NCBI GenBank assembly: GCA_963924565.1
Contig: OZ004610.1
Location: 12,028,001 to 12,092,000 of the forward strand
DNA: 64,000 nt
Reading direction: 5' to 3'
From: Ascidiella aspersa
Taxonomy: Eukaryota
The notes under the pieces were generated by a model that had not been told where the DNA came from, searched no databases, and was given only the letters and a program-made list of their open reading frames with translations. This document shows, piece after piece, positions 51,901 to 64,000 of the stretch (within the stretch, counting starts at the first letter, position 1; every line of letters starts with the position of its first letter). The position numbers and the translations under genes were made by a program.

Positions 51901-53917
51901 GTGTCGATGTGTTTAAAAACCAACCCTTGTGATCGAAATAAGCCTGTAATTCACGCTGTAAAGGTCAACATATAGTCAAAGAGTAAATGTGCACCGTCAC
52001 TAAAATAGTCTACCGGCCTATTAATCTTGAATGACTTCGTAAATAAAGACTTTTTAGATATATATATATATATATATTTTTAGGCGGTGGAATATTTTAT
52101 CTGCCTTCTTGTTTTCCAAGTTGTATTTTTTACCCCCTTTTATATCACCGTTTCTCATTTGAAACCTTTTGATTGTTTTTACAGAAGAGGGCCAACTCCG
52201 GGGACGCGTCTTCGAAGAAGAAGCTGCCAATCTTGCAAAGGACGAAGGTGAAGAGGACAAATACGATGATGTGCCAGTTGCTGGCGATGCGGGGAGAGTC
52301 GACGGTAATTTGGTTTGAACTTCTTTCCGACAAAGTTTCAGCTTGTTATTGACAAAGTTTTAGCTTGTTATTGACAAAGTTTTAGCTTGTTACCTACGTA
52401 AATATAATCAATCATCGGTTCGCTCTAAAGCCATATGTCCTACACGTTTAGATGAGCAACAGATCATATTGGAAATTCTAAATAGGTGTAGCGAACCTAC
52501 CGATGTGCATCCACGTTCTACGAAGCGTGCAGATCGCCTTTTTCCTATTTCGCAATTGTACATTTATAAACGCGTGTTTGAGCTTTTGCTACCCCTTTAC
52601 CTTTACCTTGACTTAACCATGTCGCAGCTACGCAATAAAGCACCAACCGCTTTATAGGGATGTTTATTATCGAATCAATGGCGATACCCAATGCATGTGG
52701 TAGTATAGGCAATCTTTTAAAGTATTTCAGGGACCACGGCGGCCTTTAAAATATAGTCGCATCTACAAATATGGTTATTTTTCGTGTCGATGTCGAGCCC
52801 AAAAAGGCTTATATGGATACAAAGTTTAACTATACGCTGTGGTAAATTTGAATGTTATAACTTTAAAAGTACCTTGTACAAATACGGTTACAGTCGGTTA
52901 TATTACCCACGATAAACCAACTTGGCGCAATTTAATATAGAATCTGCCAAGTGCCAAGCAAAAAATAATAACTAAAATTAAAAATAGGTAATCAAAAATA
53001 CTTGTGCCAAACACAATTGTGGGTAGCTAAAAATCTGCGCGACTTGCTTAAAATATAACTTTTTTCCATTGTAAAGTGTTATGAGTTTGACCTTTAGATG
53101 TAACATGTATTCAGCTTTTTACTCAGCTTCAATTAAGAGTTTGCTTTTGTCGCAGATCCTGATGCTCAGGTCGACGTACCCCCTGCTGGGGCTCATGAAG
53201 CGGGCGCCCCACACATGGTAATGAATGCCCCACTTATTAACGACGGTCAGAACAACCAAGGCGAGAACGAATATCAAGAGCCGGTACGTAGAAAAATAAG
53301 TTAAACAAGTTGGTGAAATTTTAAGTTGGTTCTTCTTCTTGATTGATGTTATCTCGTTTCTTTGGAATTTCTTTAAAGTTGAAATTCTATTGACGCTCAA
53401 GTTTAAGGTGATTTAAGAAATAAACAGGCCCCTCCTATGGCTAAAAATGTTTTACACTTGGTTAACACATTGTTACACCAAAAACTACTTCTGATATTTT
53501 TTTTCTGAATGCCACATAAATAAAACACAGCTCTGTTGCCAACATGATATTTATTTTCCTCGCGCGTAAACCCAAACGATGCCGAGCGTACCTGCTATAA
53601 TAACACAACACGCTTTGTTATCCTGCTTTCGATCGCAGAACTTTGACGGTGGAAATCGCGAAGCAGAGGGAGGCGCCGAGGAGGAGGAGGAAGAAGACGA
53701 AGAAGAAGAGGGAGGAGAAGAGGACAATTACGAGGACGAGGGAGACCCACACAACAACAAAAACGATGGTAATGATGCTGACAACAAGCTCCATCTTCCT
53801 CCAGGCGAAGCGGCGGAACAGGATGGCGGATACGCAGAGGAGCGCGGCGGACGCGAAGACGCGGACGACCAGCGCCACCAGGAGGCGCTCGCGGTCGCTA
53901 TGCGTCGCGAGATGTGA
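42931..53917 (+). CDS. GOLIM4: Golgi integral membrane protein 4 (GPP130) ortholog, type II membrane; about 741 aa with the Kunitz exon, about 687 aa without
   Basis: Exons 42931-43108, 43186-43260, 44738-44841, 45112-45250, 45978-46060, 46235-46355, 46722-46907, 47150-47311, 47425-47592, 47819-47949, 48574-48711, 51500-51713, 52185-52304, 53156-53283, 53639-53917 (2226 nt, phase-consistent). Short basic tail plus TM helix, then YQSQHRSLSSQLQVVYEDRSRLENSLHKEK (compare recalled human YQQHQESLSAQLQVVYEHRSRLEKSLQKER), coiled coil, acidic luminal region and C-terminal RREM (human RRAEM). Confidence 0.9.
43489..44141. mobile_element. hAT-type MITE with CCCGGGA subterminal repeats and 8-bp TSD
   Basis: TIR TAGGGTTCCTC / GAGGAACCCTA; perfect TSD tgtgacac. 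Confidence 0.9.
47150..47311 (+). CDS. Kunitz/BPTI domain exon within GOLIM4 (phase 1-1, 162 nt)
   Basis: ttgttctag|...|gtaagt. Translates (K)ICFLPKAFGTCSGQESRYYYEPSLSSCTHFVYSGCGGNTNNFATHEECEKACQ: six Cys in Kunitz spacing and the signature FxYxGCxGNxNNF. Confidence 0.92.
49122..49606. mobile_element. hAT-type MITE
   Basis: TIR CAGGGATGTCCAAC / GTTGGACATCCCTG; TSD gcctagaa/gcttagaa; homologous to 37568-38419. Confidence 0.85.
49615..50404 (+). mobile_element. Internally deleted Buster/Charlie-type hAT element with transposase C-terminal remnant
   Basis: Ends CAATGATTCTCAAAG / TTTGAGAACCACTG. 49961-50104 encodes AEQTVLPFPTTHLVECGFSAIRDIFTKKGSLYICKRCDLGAKLTCFSP, matching the Buster dimerisation motif PFPTTYLxExGFS...DLR..L...P. 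Confidence 0.85.
51041..51213. mobile_element. Short hAT-type MITE
   Basis: CAGGGGTTCCTAACC / GGTTAAAAACCCCTG; TSD gtgtacta/gtctacta. Confidence 0.8.
52329..52392. repeat. Tandem repeat, about 3 copies of a 21-22-bp unit
   Basis: gacaaagttt(c/t)agcttgttatt repeated about three times. Confidence 0.85.
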
Positions 53918-54077
53918 GCGGATAGATGTTGCTTTTACTACAATGTCGATACCGCTTGTTCCTGACTGCTTGTGGACGAAACCTGAAAAAACGGCGCGCG
54001 CTATTGACGACGATGAGCTTGCTGCTAATTCAGCTGCGGGCCGGTACATCTGGCGAAAATCCCAAGATGCTTTAGAT

Positions 54078-54325
54078 CAGGAGTTCCCAACCTGGGTGCC
54101 ATGCACCCCCTAGGGGTCCATGAGCCTTTACGAGGGGCCATGAAAAAAATTGAAAAATAATATGTTTATTGTGTGTTTTATCATTCTAACTACCGGTAAT
54201 TGTATAAACCATTTTTTACTCAAAATGACGTTTCTTATTTTGTTTAAACGGTTGAAAAAAAAAACAGGGGACCATTGATTTCAAGTATTTGAAGGAGCAC
54301 GGTGTAAAAAGGTTGGGAACCCCTG
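54078..54325. mobile_element. hAT-type MITE in the probable GOLIM4 3' UTR
   Basis: CAGGAGTTCCCAACC / GGTTGGGAACCCCTG; perfect TSD ctttagat. Confidence 0.88.
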
Positions 54326-56864
54326 CTTTAGATTATAGGCCATAGCTTAGATGCTGTATATCGGCGATATTTTCCGTACAGTTTTTGTCGAAATCCCAAA
54401 CTCTAGAATTTTTACATCGTTTTTTTCTATTCTGGGCGGTTGTATTCCGTGTGAGTTGATATTTTTTTCCAAGAATTACAGTGATCTGGCTTTTGTGTGG
54501 ACCAAACGCAGTCTTAGCTGGCCTTGAAGCTACCATTGCATTGTTTGTTTTTTGTATATTTTATGCATCAAATCTCAAAAATGCTGTAAGTTGTTATATG
54601 CCGTAACTTTTCTCAAAGATTATTTACCAATTACCTATCAACACATTTTATGTATTGATAAAAGTATATATCAATCCGTTCACCGTCGAATGGAAATTTT
54701 TTCGTCCAATATTACGCTTTTCTTGCTTGCTCTTCTATACTTTTGGTCACCTTTCAAAACAACGCATCGCACTTAAATGCACTGTTTTGGAGTGACTGCT
54801 TTACGTAAATCTATTTTCCCGCTAAATTCTTTCTTTAATTCTCTTGTTTAAAATTCGTAAGTTCTCTATTCAAAACATTGATTAATTAACCAGGGCTTCT
54901 ATAGATGTTCGGCTGTAAAACGTTTCGCTGTTTGACTGTTTGTTAAACACTCAACCTTCACATAGAGTGCTAAGCCAATGTTCTTGTTGGCCTCCTTTTT
55001 AATTGAACAAAGTATATTAAATGATACCTTTCAATGCTCCAACCCTTTCCGTGTAACCAAACATGACAGCCCCCACCCCAGCTGAAATTGTTTCGGGGTG
55101 CTCTGCCTAAAGTTTCGAGAATACTCCCCGAATGAGAGCCATTCATCTAAATTACATATTGCAAATGTAAAAAAAGTTTTCCGACAAATTACATTCAATA
55201 GAAGACCTTCGAAAAGGCCCTAAAAAGACTTCGGGGTAGCAAAACGTTATTTATCTTTTCTGTAGTGGGGATTATTTTTAATTCACAACAAAACACCGTT
55301 ATAACTTAACCGCGGAAACCTGGAAGTGACCTTACCATGTCTTGTTGTAGACGAATAACTTCTGTTGTAAACACTGTACACAACCTTAAACTACTTTATG
55401 TTAGATTGGCTGCATGAGATTCCAAAGCAATTGACAGATTTGCACCAACTTTTACTTGATTGTAACGAGAAGTAACATCGCGATGCGTGCTGTGAATTGC
55501 ATATTGGAAGCTATTCCGACACTCCTGCTGACGTTAGTGGGTTTATGACGATATGTTTATGTGCTAGTTACTCGTTTCTCCACCTTAAAACTTTGATGTC
55601 TATTACTCTTTTATGTATAGCCTGTGACCATCGTGTCGTTACACTGGACTTCAGGACAGGACTACATTTCACTACTTTATGGTGCGTCCGTCATGACCAA
55701 CGCAGCGTGATATTCTTTATCCGTTTTCGCTTGCTTCGCAGTCGTATATACTGTGCGTGTGTTTGCGTATCGTAGCGTAGTAAGTATTTTACACGCGCGT
55801 ATTATAGCTATATTCAATAAGCGTATTTGAAAAATAAACCATTTAGTAAGTTATTTGTCCCAATCGTTTTACCGAAAAACTGTAGATTTTATTCATTTGC
55901 TTGGTATCGGCTTCATATGTGAAGCGATCGATTTTTCATGAATTACCAACAGGTCGCAAGTCACGCCATGGTCATATGATTTTCGGTGAGTAAAAGGACC
56001 CGTACCTCAACAAACAAAATATATTTTTTTTAGGCGACAGCACTGACCAGTGAACAACCTGAAGCCAATAGTTTGGTAAAGTTGCCAGGTGTAGTGAAAT
56101 TCGTACTGTAGTTCACACTAATACATACATTGTTTTTATGAACCACGAAAGGGTTGCAAGATTATTGTTTCTCGACCTTTTTCAACTCGCTGTCAAGTTT
56201 TACTGAGAAATTCAATAACGCCAACGATTCTGTGAGGGATTTGTCCCAAAACACAGCTATAAGGCGCACTGGCTGACAATCGCTGGCCTACGTGTGGCAT
56301 GCGCCAAAACGAAGAGATGCTCTACATTGTGCCATCTATTTCAGTGAAATTCGCCTTTAAAGAAACAGTTCTGTAATTCTCTCTTCAACGTTTGCAATAA
56401 AACAAATAAATCAGACGCGTGATCACCCCAACAAAAAAATTCGACGTGTAATCACCCCTGCCCATCAGTTAGGTATGCTTCATTAGGATAAGGTCGTTAA
56501 CTCGCCAAGCTAGGTCAAAGACGAAAATCCCGTTTGAGTTGCGCTCAAATGGGCTTAAACGAGTGACCCCAACGCTTTTGCTTAAGTGCAAGGGATCCGT
56601 GAAACAAATTAAAAACAATGGTCTTGTTTGAGTTGTTTGAACTTAGACAGTCCCACTGAAAAAACAGAAGGGCGTCGCCCTTCCCCAAAAAATATATTTT
56701 TGGCCCAGTTATCTGTATGAATGAAAAAAAATTCTGACGTTAATTTTAAACTACTTTGTAATATGATTAAGCCCGTTATGGGGAAATCGTTTTAGTACAA
56801 ATGCTTTTTTGTGTTTCGCGCAAGTGACACTTTTTTTAATATGTATAACATCTCGAGCATGCAG

Positions 56865-57225
56865 CAGGGCTGCGGAGTCGGACTCGGGCCTAAGGACTCG
56901 ACAGAGTCGGTGTGTTTTGTCGGACTAGGTACTCGAGTAAGACCACCTATAACTACCCGAGTCCCGAGTCCGACAAGCGCATGCGCATCACCAAATTTTG
57001 AAACTGATATGGCCACCAACTGTAAATTTTGAAGGCGGAATAGCATAATATGGTGGATATTTTCCAACCATGTATTGTGAGTGGATGAATCATGACACCC
57101 TTATAAGTGGATTGCTGAATATCCACTTTATTTCGTTACGTAAATTGGCGGAATACAGGCTGTTGAGTCTAAGCCAGGCTCGTGACTCGACGAAATCTCA
57201 CATTTAGCTGGAGTCGGACTCGGGT
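56865..57225. mobile_element. MITE, GAGTCGGACTCGGG family
   Basis: cagggctgcggagtcggactcggg start; body homologous to 13500-13939 and 32070-32487. Confidence 0.7.
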
Positions 57226-58059
57226 TTATCATTATGCGACGTTTTCGGAAAATCAGTTCAGTTTTGACTTCAAAACACTTTGTAGCTAATTAGGCTTTAC
57301 TACCGTCCTTGCAAAATAAAGTATGCTACGAGTGAGGGTACCAGATATTGTTTTGAAAAGAGTTCAGTTTAGACTTTTCGACTTTTGATTGCTAGACTTA
57401 TTGCCGGTGGCTCATGCCGCGACTTTCTCTTGCCTCAAACCGGACACATTTGTTTTGATAGTCACCTTGTCTGCAGTGGCTCATGCGAGCTTTGTTCCGC
57501 TTCGCGTTATAAGTTGCCACCTTTTATGCTCAATTGTCCAGCTGTACCCACGCTCCCTGTTGTTCAACACGTGAGTTTGTTTGTTTACACAGATATCCAA
57601 TACTGTCGTCGGGTAATTTTATGACTTAAAACAGCAAAATTAAACTTTTTATTAACAAAATCGTTTTACAAAACATTCTTCACAGTTCTTTAAAAATTAA
57701 ACAAAACTGTAGAGAAATTACTCGCAGATTTTCAAAACACGTACGAACGGATAGGCAAAACAATTTAAAATTATGTTAACTAAAGTAGTAATATAAAAGG
57801 TAAAATTAAACCTTTTCGGTGACAGTGAGTTAAATATAAATAATCTTGCTTAATTATCTCGCGCGGGAGGAATCAACCTATTTTGAATCACGAAGCGCTT
57901 GGCAACAACATTATTTATAACGAGCCAAAAAATTACCTAGATAAAACAAAACGACAGCGAAAAAAGTTACGTTTTCACTCAAAACTGGCGTGCATGCGAT
58001 AACAGCTATTGCACAAACATGATCCTATTAGCAGGCACAGGATCGGAAAGGCTGTGGGG

Positions 58060-61005
58060 CTACTTTCGCTTTTTCTTTTTGGCGCTTCCCTTCTTGCCCT
58101 TTTTACCGCCTTTCTTCTTTTTCTTCTTCTTGTCCTTAGGAGGTTCGGGGGGCAGCTCGAAGGTGAGGTGGTCGTTTTCGCCTGGCAGCTGACCGGCGAT
58201 CGCAGTCGTCGCCAATCCGTTGCGTTTGGTCACGTCGAGGCCCGACGCAAGACCACTAAAGTTCAGGCTCCGCTCGGACCCCGTCTGTACGCCCGTTGCT
58301 AGACGCGGAACAATGCACGTGTTTACCGGCGTGTCTTTACAATAGGTTTCATCCCTAAATCAACATGGCCAATCCGCCCTCGCAGCGCGAGTATCAATCA
58401 GTATCCAGATACGTCGGAGGAACGAATATTTAAAGTATTAACATCAATAACTTCGCTGGTGGTGGATTAAATACAGGCCGCCTGTTATTTGGATAATGTT
58501 ATTGCAATGCCATAAATTACCTATTTTAAAAAAGTTTTTTTTTGTTTCTTTTTCAGGACGTTTATTTGCGTATACCCTGAATGGAGGTGTCTGTAAGTGG
58601 TCATTTAAATCGTTAATAATTTGTTACATTAAAAACATATTACATTTCGTGGCAAATTGTTAAAGCCTGCCTAAAACTATTTAGGTATCCAGACCTTTAT
58701 CACTTTATAATTGTATTTCTTTCTTGTGACTTTTCAATTTTGTTGGTCAGCAAGGTTTATTCGACTAATTAAAAAAATGCAAGTGGTTTCGTTTGTTTTG
58801 ACGCTTGTTTGTTTTGAAGCAAAAGGGGAGGTTGGTAAACGCAATAAATGTATACCTCTCGTCACGTGGGTTGCCAGGATATCCTCCATCCTGTTACAGA
58901 CAGCTGCCTGCTCTTCTGTCAGGTTAAACCCCACGTACATGGACGAGGCTATCAGAGGGATCTCGGTCAGTTCCGACGCGTCTTTAAGAAATTTTTGTCC
59001 GAGGTTGAGAAGAGTTCGCACGAGGCACAGCCACATGACGTACTTCATTCCTGTTCCAGAAAAGAAGTGTAAATATTTGGCGGATTTCGGCAACAGACCT
59101 CACAGGAGGTGCTTACGTTGTATTACAAGTGACTTCGCGTTATTAATGCGCTACAATAGAGGTGGTGACAGGTTGGCTCTAAGAATCAAAAGCCTAAGAT
59201 AAGGGTTTTGAAAGAAACGTGTTTTTTAGATTTTGTTTCGAAACCATTTGAACAGAGGAAACTTAGTCTAAAAGCAAGTCATATGGACCTGTTTTGCCGA
59301 CGACAATTGGTATTTTTTCGGACAGGCATGAATTCAATTACTAACCAAACCTAAAGTTATTTATTAGCTTCCGTGCTGGAGGTGCAACCTATGCTCAGTC
59401 TTATTAACTATGTTTGCAAAATATAAAATCGCCATACATATTAAGTAAAATTCAAAAGTGCCCGGCTCGCAAGATATATTTGTGGTCCTCACCCAAATAG
59501 CGACTTTCATAACGGAGCGAAATTACCGAAATATGTACAAAACCCCTGTCGATTAACTTGATTTAACCCTGTCGATTAACTTGTCGATTAAAAAGAGCCG
59601 CTTGACGATTTATTAAAAAACTGTATTTGTATATTCTGTACTTTAAAAATAACACGGATGTCCTTTTTGTATATCTAAAAACACTCACTGTTGTAATATA
59701 TTCAGTCCATGACTTGAATTAGGTGCACTTAAATCACTGTTTTTGGACTCGACTTGTCTTTAGTCTTTTGGGTAAATGTCTGACGTTTTTGAGACAAAGC
59801 CTTAACTCAGACCTAGGTGTTTCAAACATTTTTTCGTAATCTTTATTTATTTATTTTTTACCCAACTTTCTGCTTAATAAAACCGTTTGCTTTCTAATTC
59901 TGACCTTTGTATCGGACGTGTTTACTTTAGTTTTAAACCGTATAATACGTAAGGTTACTTTGCACATGACTTGACATGTATTTCAGTAAACTTAATTTAC
60001 CTAATGCAAACGGTAGTTTTCAAAATCAGAATCTATCAGCATTTTAGCGAACTTAAACGAATTTGTTCAACATATCGCGGCAATCCGGTTCTAAAAAACA
60101 AGAGTTACCTGGGTGCTTGGAGTCGACGCCCTTCGGGTTCAGGTCGCCGATGTCGAACGAAGTGCCGACGAAACCCTTCCAGTACTGCAGGTAGTTGAGG
60201 ATGTCTTCGAGTGGCTCCAGCTTGCCTTTCTTAATTGACTTATAGAAGTCGCGCGCGATCAAGTTGAGCCCGCGCAGTCGCGCCACCAAATCGATGTACT
60301 TGCGGATTTTGTTGCACTCGCCGAAGTATCGCCGCGTTGCTAGAATCTCGGAGCGCTCCTTCAGCTTCTTGTAGGTTTTTGCCGTGACAGTCGACTCCTT
60401 CTCGTCGAGCCGCTGGGCTTTCTCAAGGGCCTGCTGTTTAGTGTGCCGTCGACGTCAGTCGTTTGTAATAATACATTGACTAACTGTATGTGTGACAACC
60501 GAACGGACGCTGTGTTAGTTATATCTATACCACGACTTCAATTTGTAGATTTTTTCTTACAAGTTGTGAGATTGTAGACATATAAAACTTAGTGGGTTGC
60601 ATACTGTAATATTTGAGCAATTTAGCTAACTTAAAATACTAGGTCATATAACCCGTTCGATGTCCCCGTGGACTCATAGATTTTAAGGCCTAAAACATAA
60701 TCATGTCTTGCCTCAAGGACAACACAACTTTATTAGTTTTCATACAGTATTTTACTAAAACGTTTTACCTTGAAAGCTTCAAAATCCTCTTTTTCCCAGG
60801 CGACGTACTTGGTAGTAACAATGCTCATGTGCCTTAAGAGAAAATCGACAAACACCTTCCACTTGTCCTTTTTCTTCTGTAACGATTTTTCCGCTTTTTC
60901 CAATTTCTTTTGTTCGGCAGGTGATAACGAGGTTTTATCTGGTTCGGTGTCGATAATTCCGAAACCCCCGTTAAGGCCTCCAGAGCTATCCATTGTTGTG
61001 TCCAT
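58060..61005 (-). CDS. Protein of unrecognised family, about 330 aa, with lysine-rich C-terminal tail, 4 exons
   Basis: Exons 61005-60769, 60430-60109, 59050-58856, 58298-58060 (993 nt, GT-AG, phase-consistent, GC-rich codons). Ends PPEPPKDKKKKKKKGGKKGKKGSAKKKKRK*. Probable polyA signal (+ strand tttatt) near 57648. Confidence 0.85.
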
Positions 61006-62344
61006 TTTACACAGCTCACTTCGAACGCACTATCCCTCAAAACACGGATTCATATGCGCTCTGTTGTGTTGAAAACAAGGTTTAACAACATAACATTCAC
61101 AGACAGACTGGTGCTAACTGTATTTCGACAAGTAATCGCGAGGCGACTGTTACATTTACCTTATAGCGTGTACTGCGTAGCAACAAGCGATATGCCGGAG
61201 AGGCATTGTTTGCTTTGCGCACAATAGCCCTCTCTTGCCCAGTCGTACGCTCAACAGTTTCTATTTTTACAGCACGTCAAGTTGTTTGCCCAGTAGTTAG
61301 TAGGTGACGCAGTTGTAATTTACTAAACCATGTATGTTTCTATCACAACTGCTTGGTAATACGGCTAACCTCGCCTAAAAACTTTCTAAAAGCACTTTTC
61401 TTGGTTCAATACGTCTGTGTTCTGAGGTCAAACCGCCCGACCATAGGTCATTCACTTTCAATCAGTCGCCAGGTTCGATTACACATTCACAATTCCGCGC
61501 ATATACGTAATGCGATACAGCGGCTGGAAATTAAATATTGCGTATTATTTCCTAATTTATTTTTCTTTAGTACAACGAGGTAAACTAAGAACAATATTTT
61601 TTCAAGCGACCAAAATCTGGAATAAGTTCATTTAAATACTAAAAAATGTATCCTTCCATAGGGTAGGTTACAACTATAGGGGATTTATGTGTGTTCATAA
61701 AAGTTTTGTTAGAAATTAACAGGAGTTTTGGTCAATTTACGATTTGACTGATTCACAAACGGCACAAGACACATCCCGGGGTTAAGAACGAGGTTCTAAC
61801 CGTGGGAAAACCTTTTTCAGCTTTGGGAGGCATCGAAAACATCTCGGAAGTTAGATTTACTCGGCCATTGACCATTGCAACATAGGGATGATAGCGACAT
61901 GTAAAAAAATGGTATCGATTACGAATTTCCCATATTTTTTCGTAACTCCACTAAAAGCAGTACTACGGTAAAGTAATCAAATTAGGTTAAGTTAGAAACA
62001 TGCAAAAATAATGCCAACCAGGTAGCATAGCCGGAATCAGTATTTCCTTGGTATCAAGCGGGCATAGGTATGTGAGCTATACGGTTTATAATCTCGCGCT
62101 GCGAAATTTACCTAGGAAGTCACCTGTTTATAATCAAATTGGCAACTGATTGCATTTAGAACTAAATAGCTTTAAACAAAAAAATCTAAAACAATATGTA
62201 TTTTAAGGATACAGAACATAAAACTTAATATACTTGTTGCATTTTGATTTATCAAGTAATTTGTCATTACTTGTGTTATTTTACAAGCAGTTATTGTAAA
62301 ATATGTCGGTTATTTTTTTAACATATTGGATTTATCCTGCATAG

Positions 62345-63094
62345 CAGTGGTCGGCAACCGCCGGTCCGTAGCAGGGTTGCCAGATTAAATTTTGAAAAGT
62401 ACAAAAACAATTAAACCCTTTTTTTATATTTAAAACTCGCTCACTTTCGTTTAAATATACCCTTGGTTAATCTTTATGATAAAAAATAACAATTAGTATC
62501 AAGCTCTCGTGAGTTTCAAAACAAGGTGTGCTGTGGCCACTTTTTTTTAGTTGCATATATAGGCTAAAAAAAGTCCCTTAAAGAAATGAATTATTATTTT
62601 GATATTTAAGCAGGAAAGGTTTCAAAAAATCTATGGCTTTGAATTTTAATTAGTTTTAGCAAGCCTTTATAAAATGACAGAAAAAAGCCGAAAAGCTGAA
62701 TGTATTTTCTAAAATTAAAAAAAGGTAAAAAATCTGGCAAGCCTTGTACGTAATTTTCAGGTGTACTTTTTCATTTTTGCCATTAAAGTTTTGTATTACG
62801 CAACTATAGAAAATGTCGTGTAGGGCTGGTGTAAAGAAAAACCTTATCTAAAATACTTTCTTATATAATAAAAAGTGTGACTTGTTACAAAAGAATGGCC
62901 TGGAAAAACGGCTCAAATAAGCCGCGGATTGGGTTTAAAGTTTGACGGGCCAGATGCCGCCCGCGTTAAAAGTTCGCATTGCAAAAAGTTGTAATAAATC
63001 TCCTTGATCAACATTTGTTTATATTTAAGGCCGGTCCGCGGCAAAATTTCAGTTTTAAACCGGTCCGCAGGGCAAAAAAGGTTGCCGACCACTG
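62345..63094. mobile_element. hAT-type MITE with a probable nested element (about 62372-62746)
   Basis: Perfect TIR CAGTGGTCGGCAACC / GGTTGCCGACCACTG. An inner CAGGGTTGCCAGA...TCTGGCAAGCCTTG element interrupts the left subterminal region. Confidence 0.8.
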
Positions 63095-64000
63095 CTCTAT
63101 AGAATTTTAAACCCGAAAAAAATGACTTGCTGTATAGTGTATAGTCGTATAATTCAGTAGTATTAGTCCTCGTTCAGTCATTATTTGGAATGTAACTAAA
63201 CTTATTATTGCTAAAGCTAATTGTGGACAAATACCTTGGTCAAAATACCTTTGATTACATCAACTATCCATTTTATTAATGGCAGGCTGCACCAGGCGCG
63301 GGGTTTTAGGTTTAAAGTTTTAGGTTGGAAATGTGTTACTTTCAACACAAAGATTATATTACGAAATGTTATCGATTCCCACAAATCAAAAAACGCCTTT
63401 ATATTGTTTAAGCTGCCAAAACCTTCATTGTAGGTGCGATGAGGCGCACGACGTCTTTAGGCTAAAAAAATAAACAAATTCTCGCGAAACGCGATTTTTT
63501 ACATTTACGTAGTGAAAATAGTCAAAAAATATAGTTTGGGAACATGACCAATCCCTGGCCTGCACACGGCACGCTTATTGGCCACATGGAGTAACAGTTT
63601 TCACTTATTTTAAATAGATACAACTTGTTTGCGTATTGCGCGATCGATCACTATAATACTTGCTGTAAACATTGGCGAAAGTAACAATTTGCATAATTTA
63701 TTCACAGGACCGTGACCCACAAAACACCAGATCATCCATAAAACTATATTTGTTTCCCAATTTTCACTACGTAAACTCTAAACACAACCTTTATTTTACT
63801 TTTACACGTTACTATGTTTGTTCCCGTTTTAAGAAACTATATACCAGTGGTTATCAACCTTTTTTTCACTGCGTACCACCTCGAGCTTCTATGATCTTGT
63901 TGCTTACCAACAAAATGTCGAAAAACTCAACTTTACTCAAAATGTATATAGGATTATTAACAGGGGTGGATTAGCTAATTAGTTAGCCCGGAAATTCCAA

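Noticed and set aside
53618-54113. Overlapping or antisense ORFs of 143 and 156 aa
   Set aside because: Shadow frames of the GC-rich, low-complexity last GOLIM4 exon.
58711-59202. 163-aa plus-strand ORF
   Set aside because: Antisense shadow of exon 3 of the minus-strand gene; no splice or homology support.

Overview
AT-rich eukaryotic (animal) genomic DNA with short GT-AG introns and dense small transposons. The gene style resembles a tunicate/ascidian or similar invertebrate deuterostome (inference only). Six intron-containing genes were assembled by hand from splice sites and reading phase: (1) the last two exons of an SLC5 (SMCT/NIS/SMVT-clade) sodium:solute symporter; (2) a complete tandem SLC5 paralog (14 exons, about 645 aa); (3) a type I membrane protein with signal peptide, MRH-like domain, divergent CUB-like domain, ZP module, furin site and TM helix (about 617 aa); (4) a UPF0488/C8orf33-like gene with unresolved 5' end; (5) a GOLIM4/GPP130 ortholog that carries an in-frame, phase-symmetric exon encoding a complete Kunitz/BPTI domain, which the ORF track misses; (6) a minus-strand 4-exon gene of unrecognised family with a lysine-rich tail. 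Non-coding DNA holds many hAT-type MITEs with 8-bp target-site duplications (TSDs, some nested), a 1.28-kb foldback element with a 9-bp TSD, two copies of a tRNA-derived SINE, a decayed LINE and candidate solo LTRs. Most ORF-track entries are spurious. The most notable observations are the Kunitz-bearing GOLIM4 and the MRH-CUB-ZP architecture.
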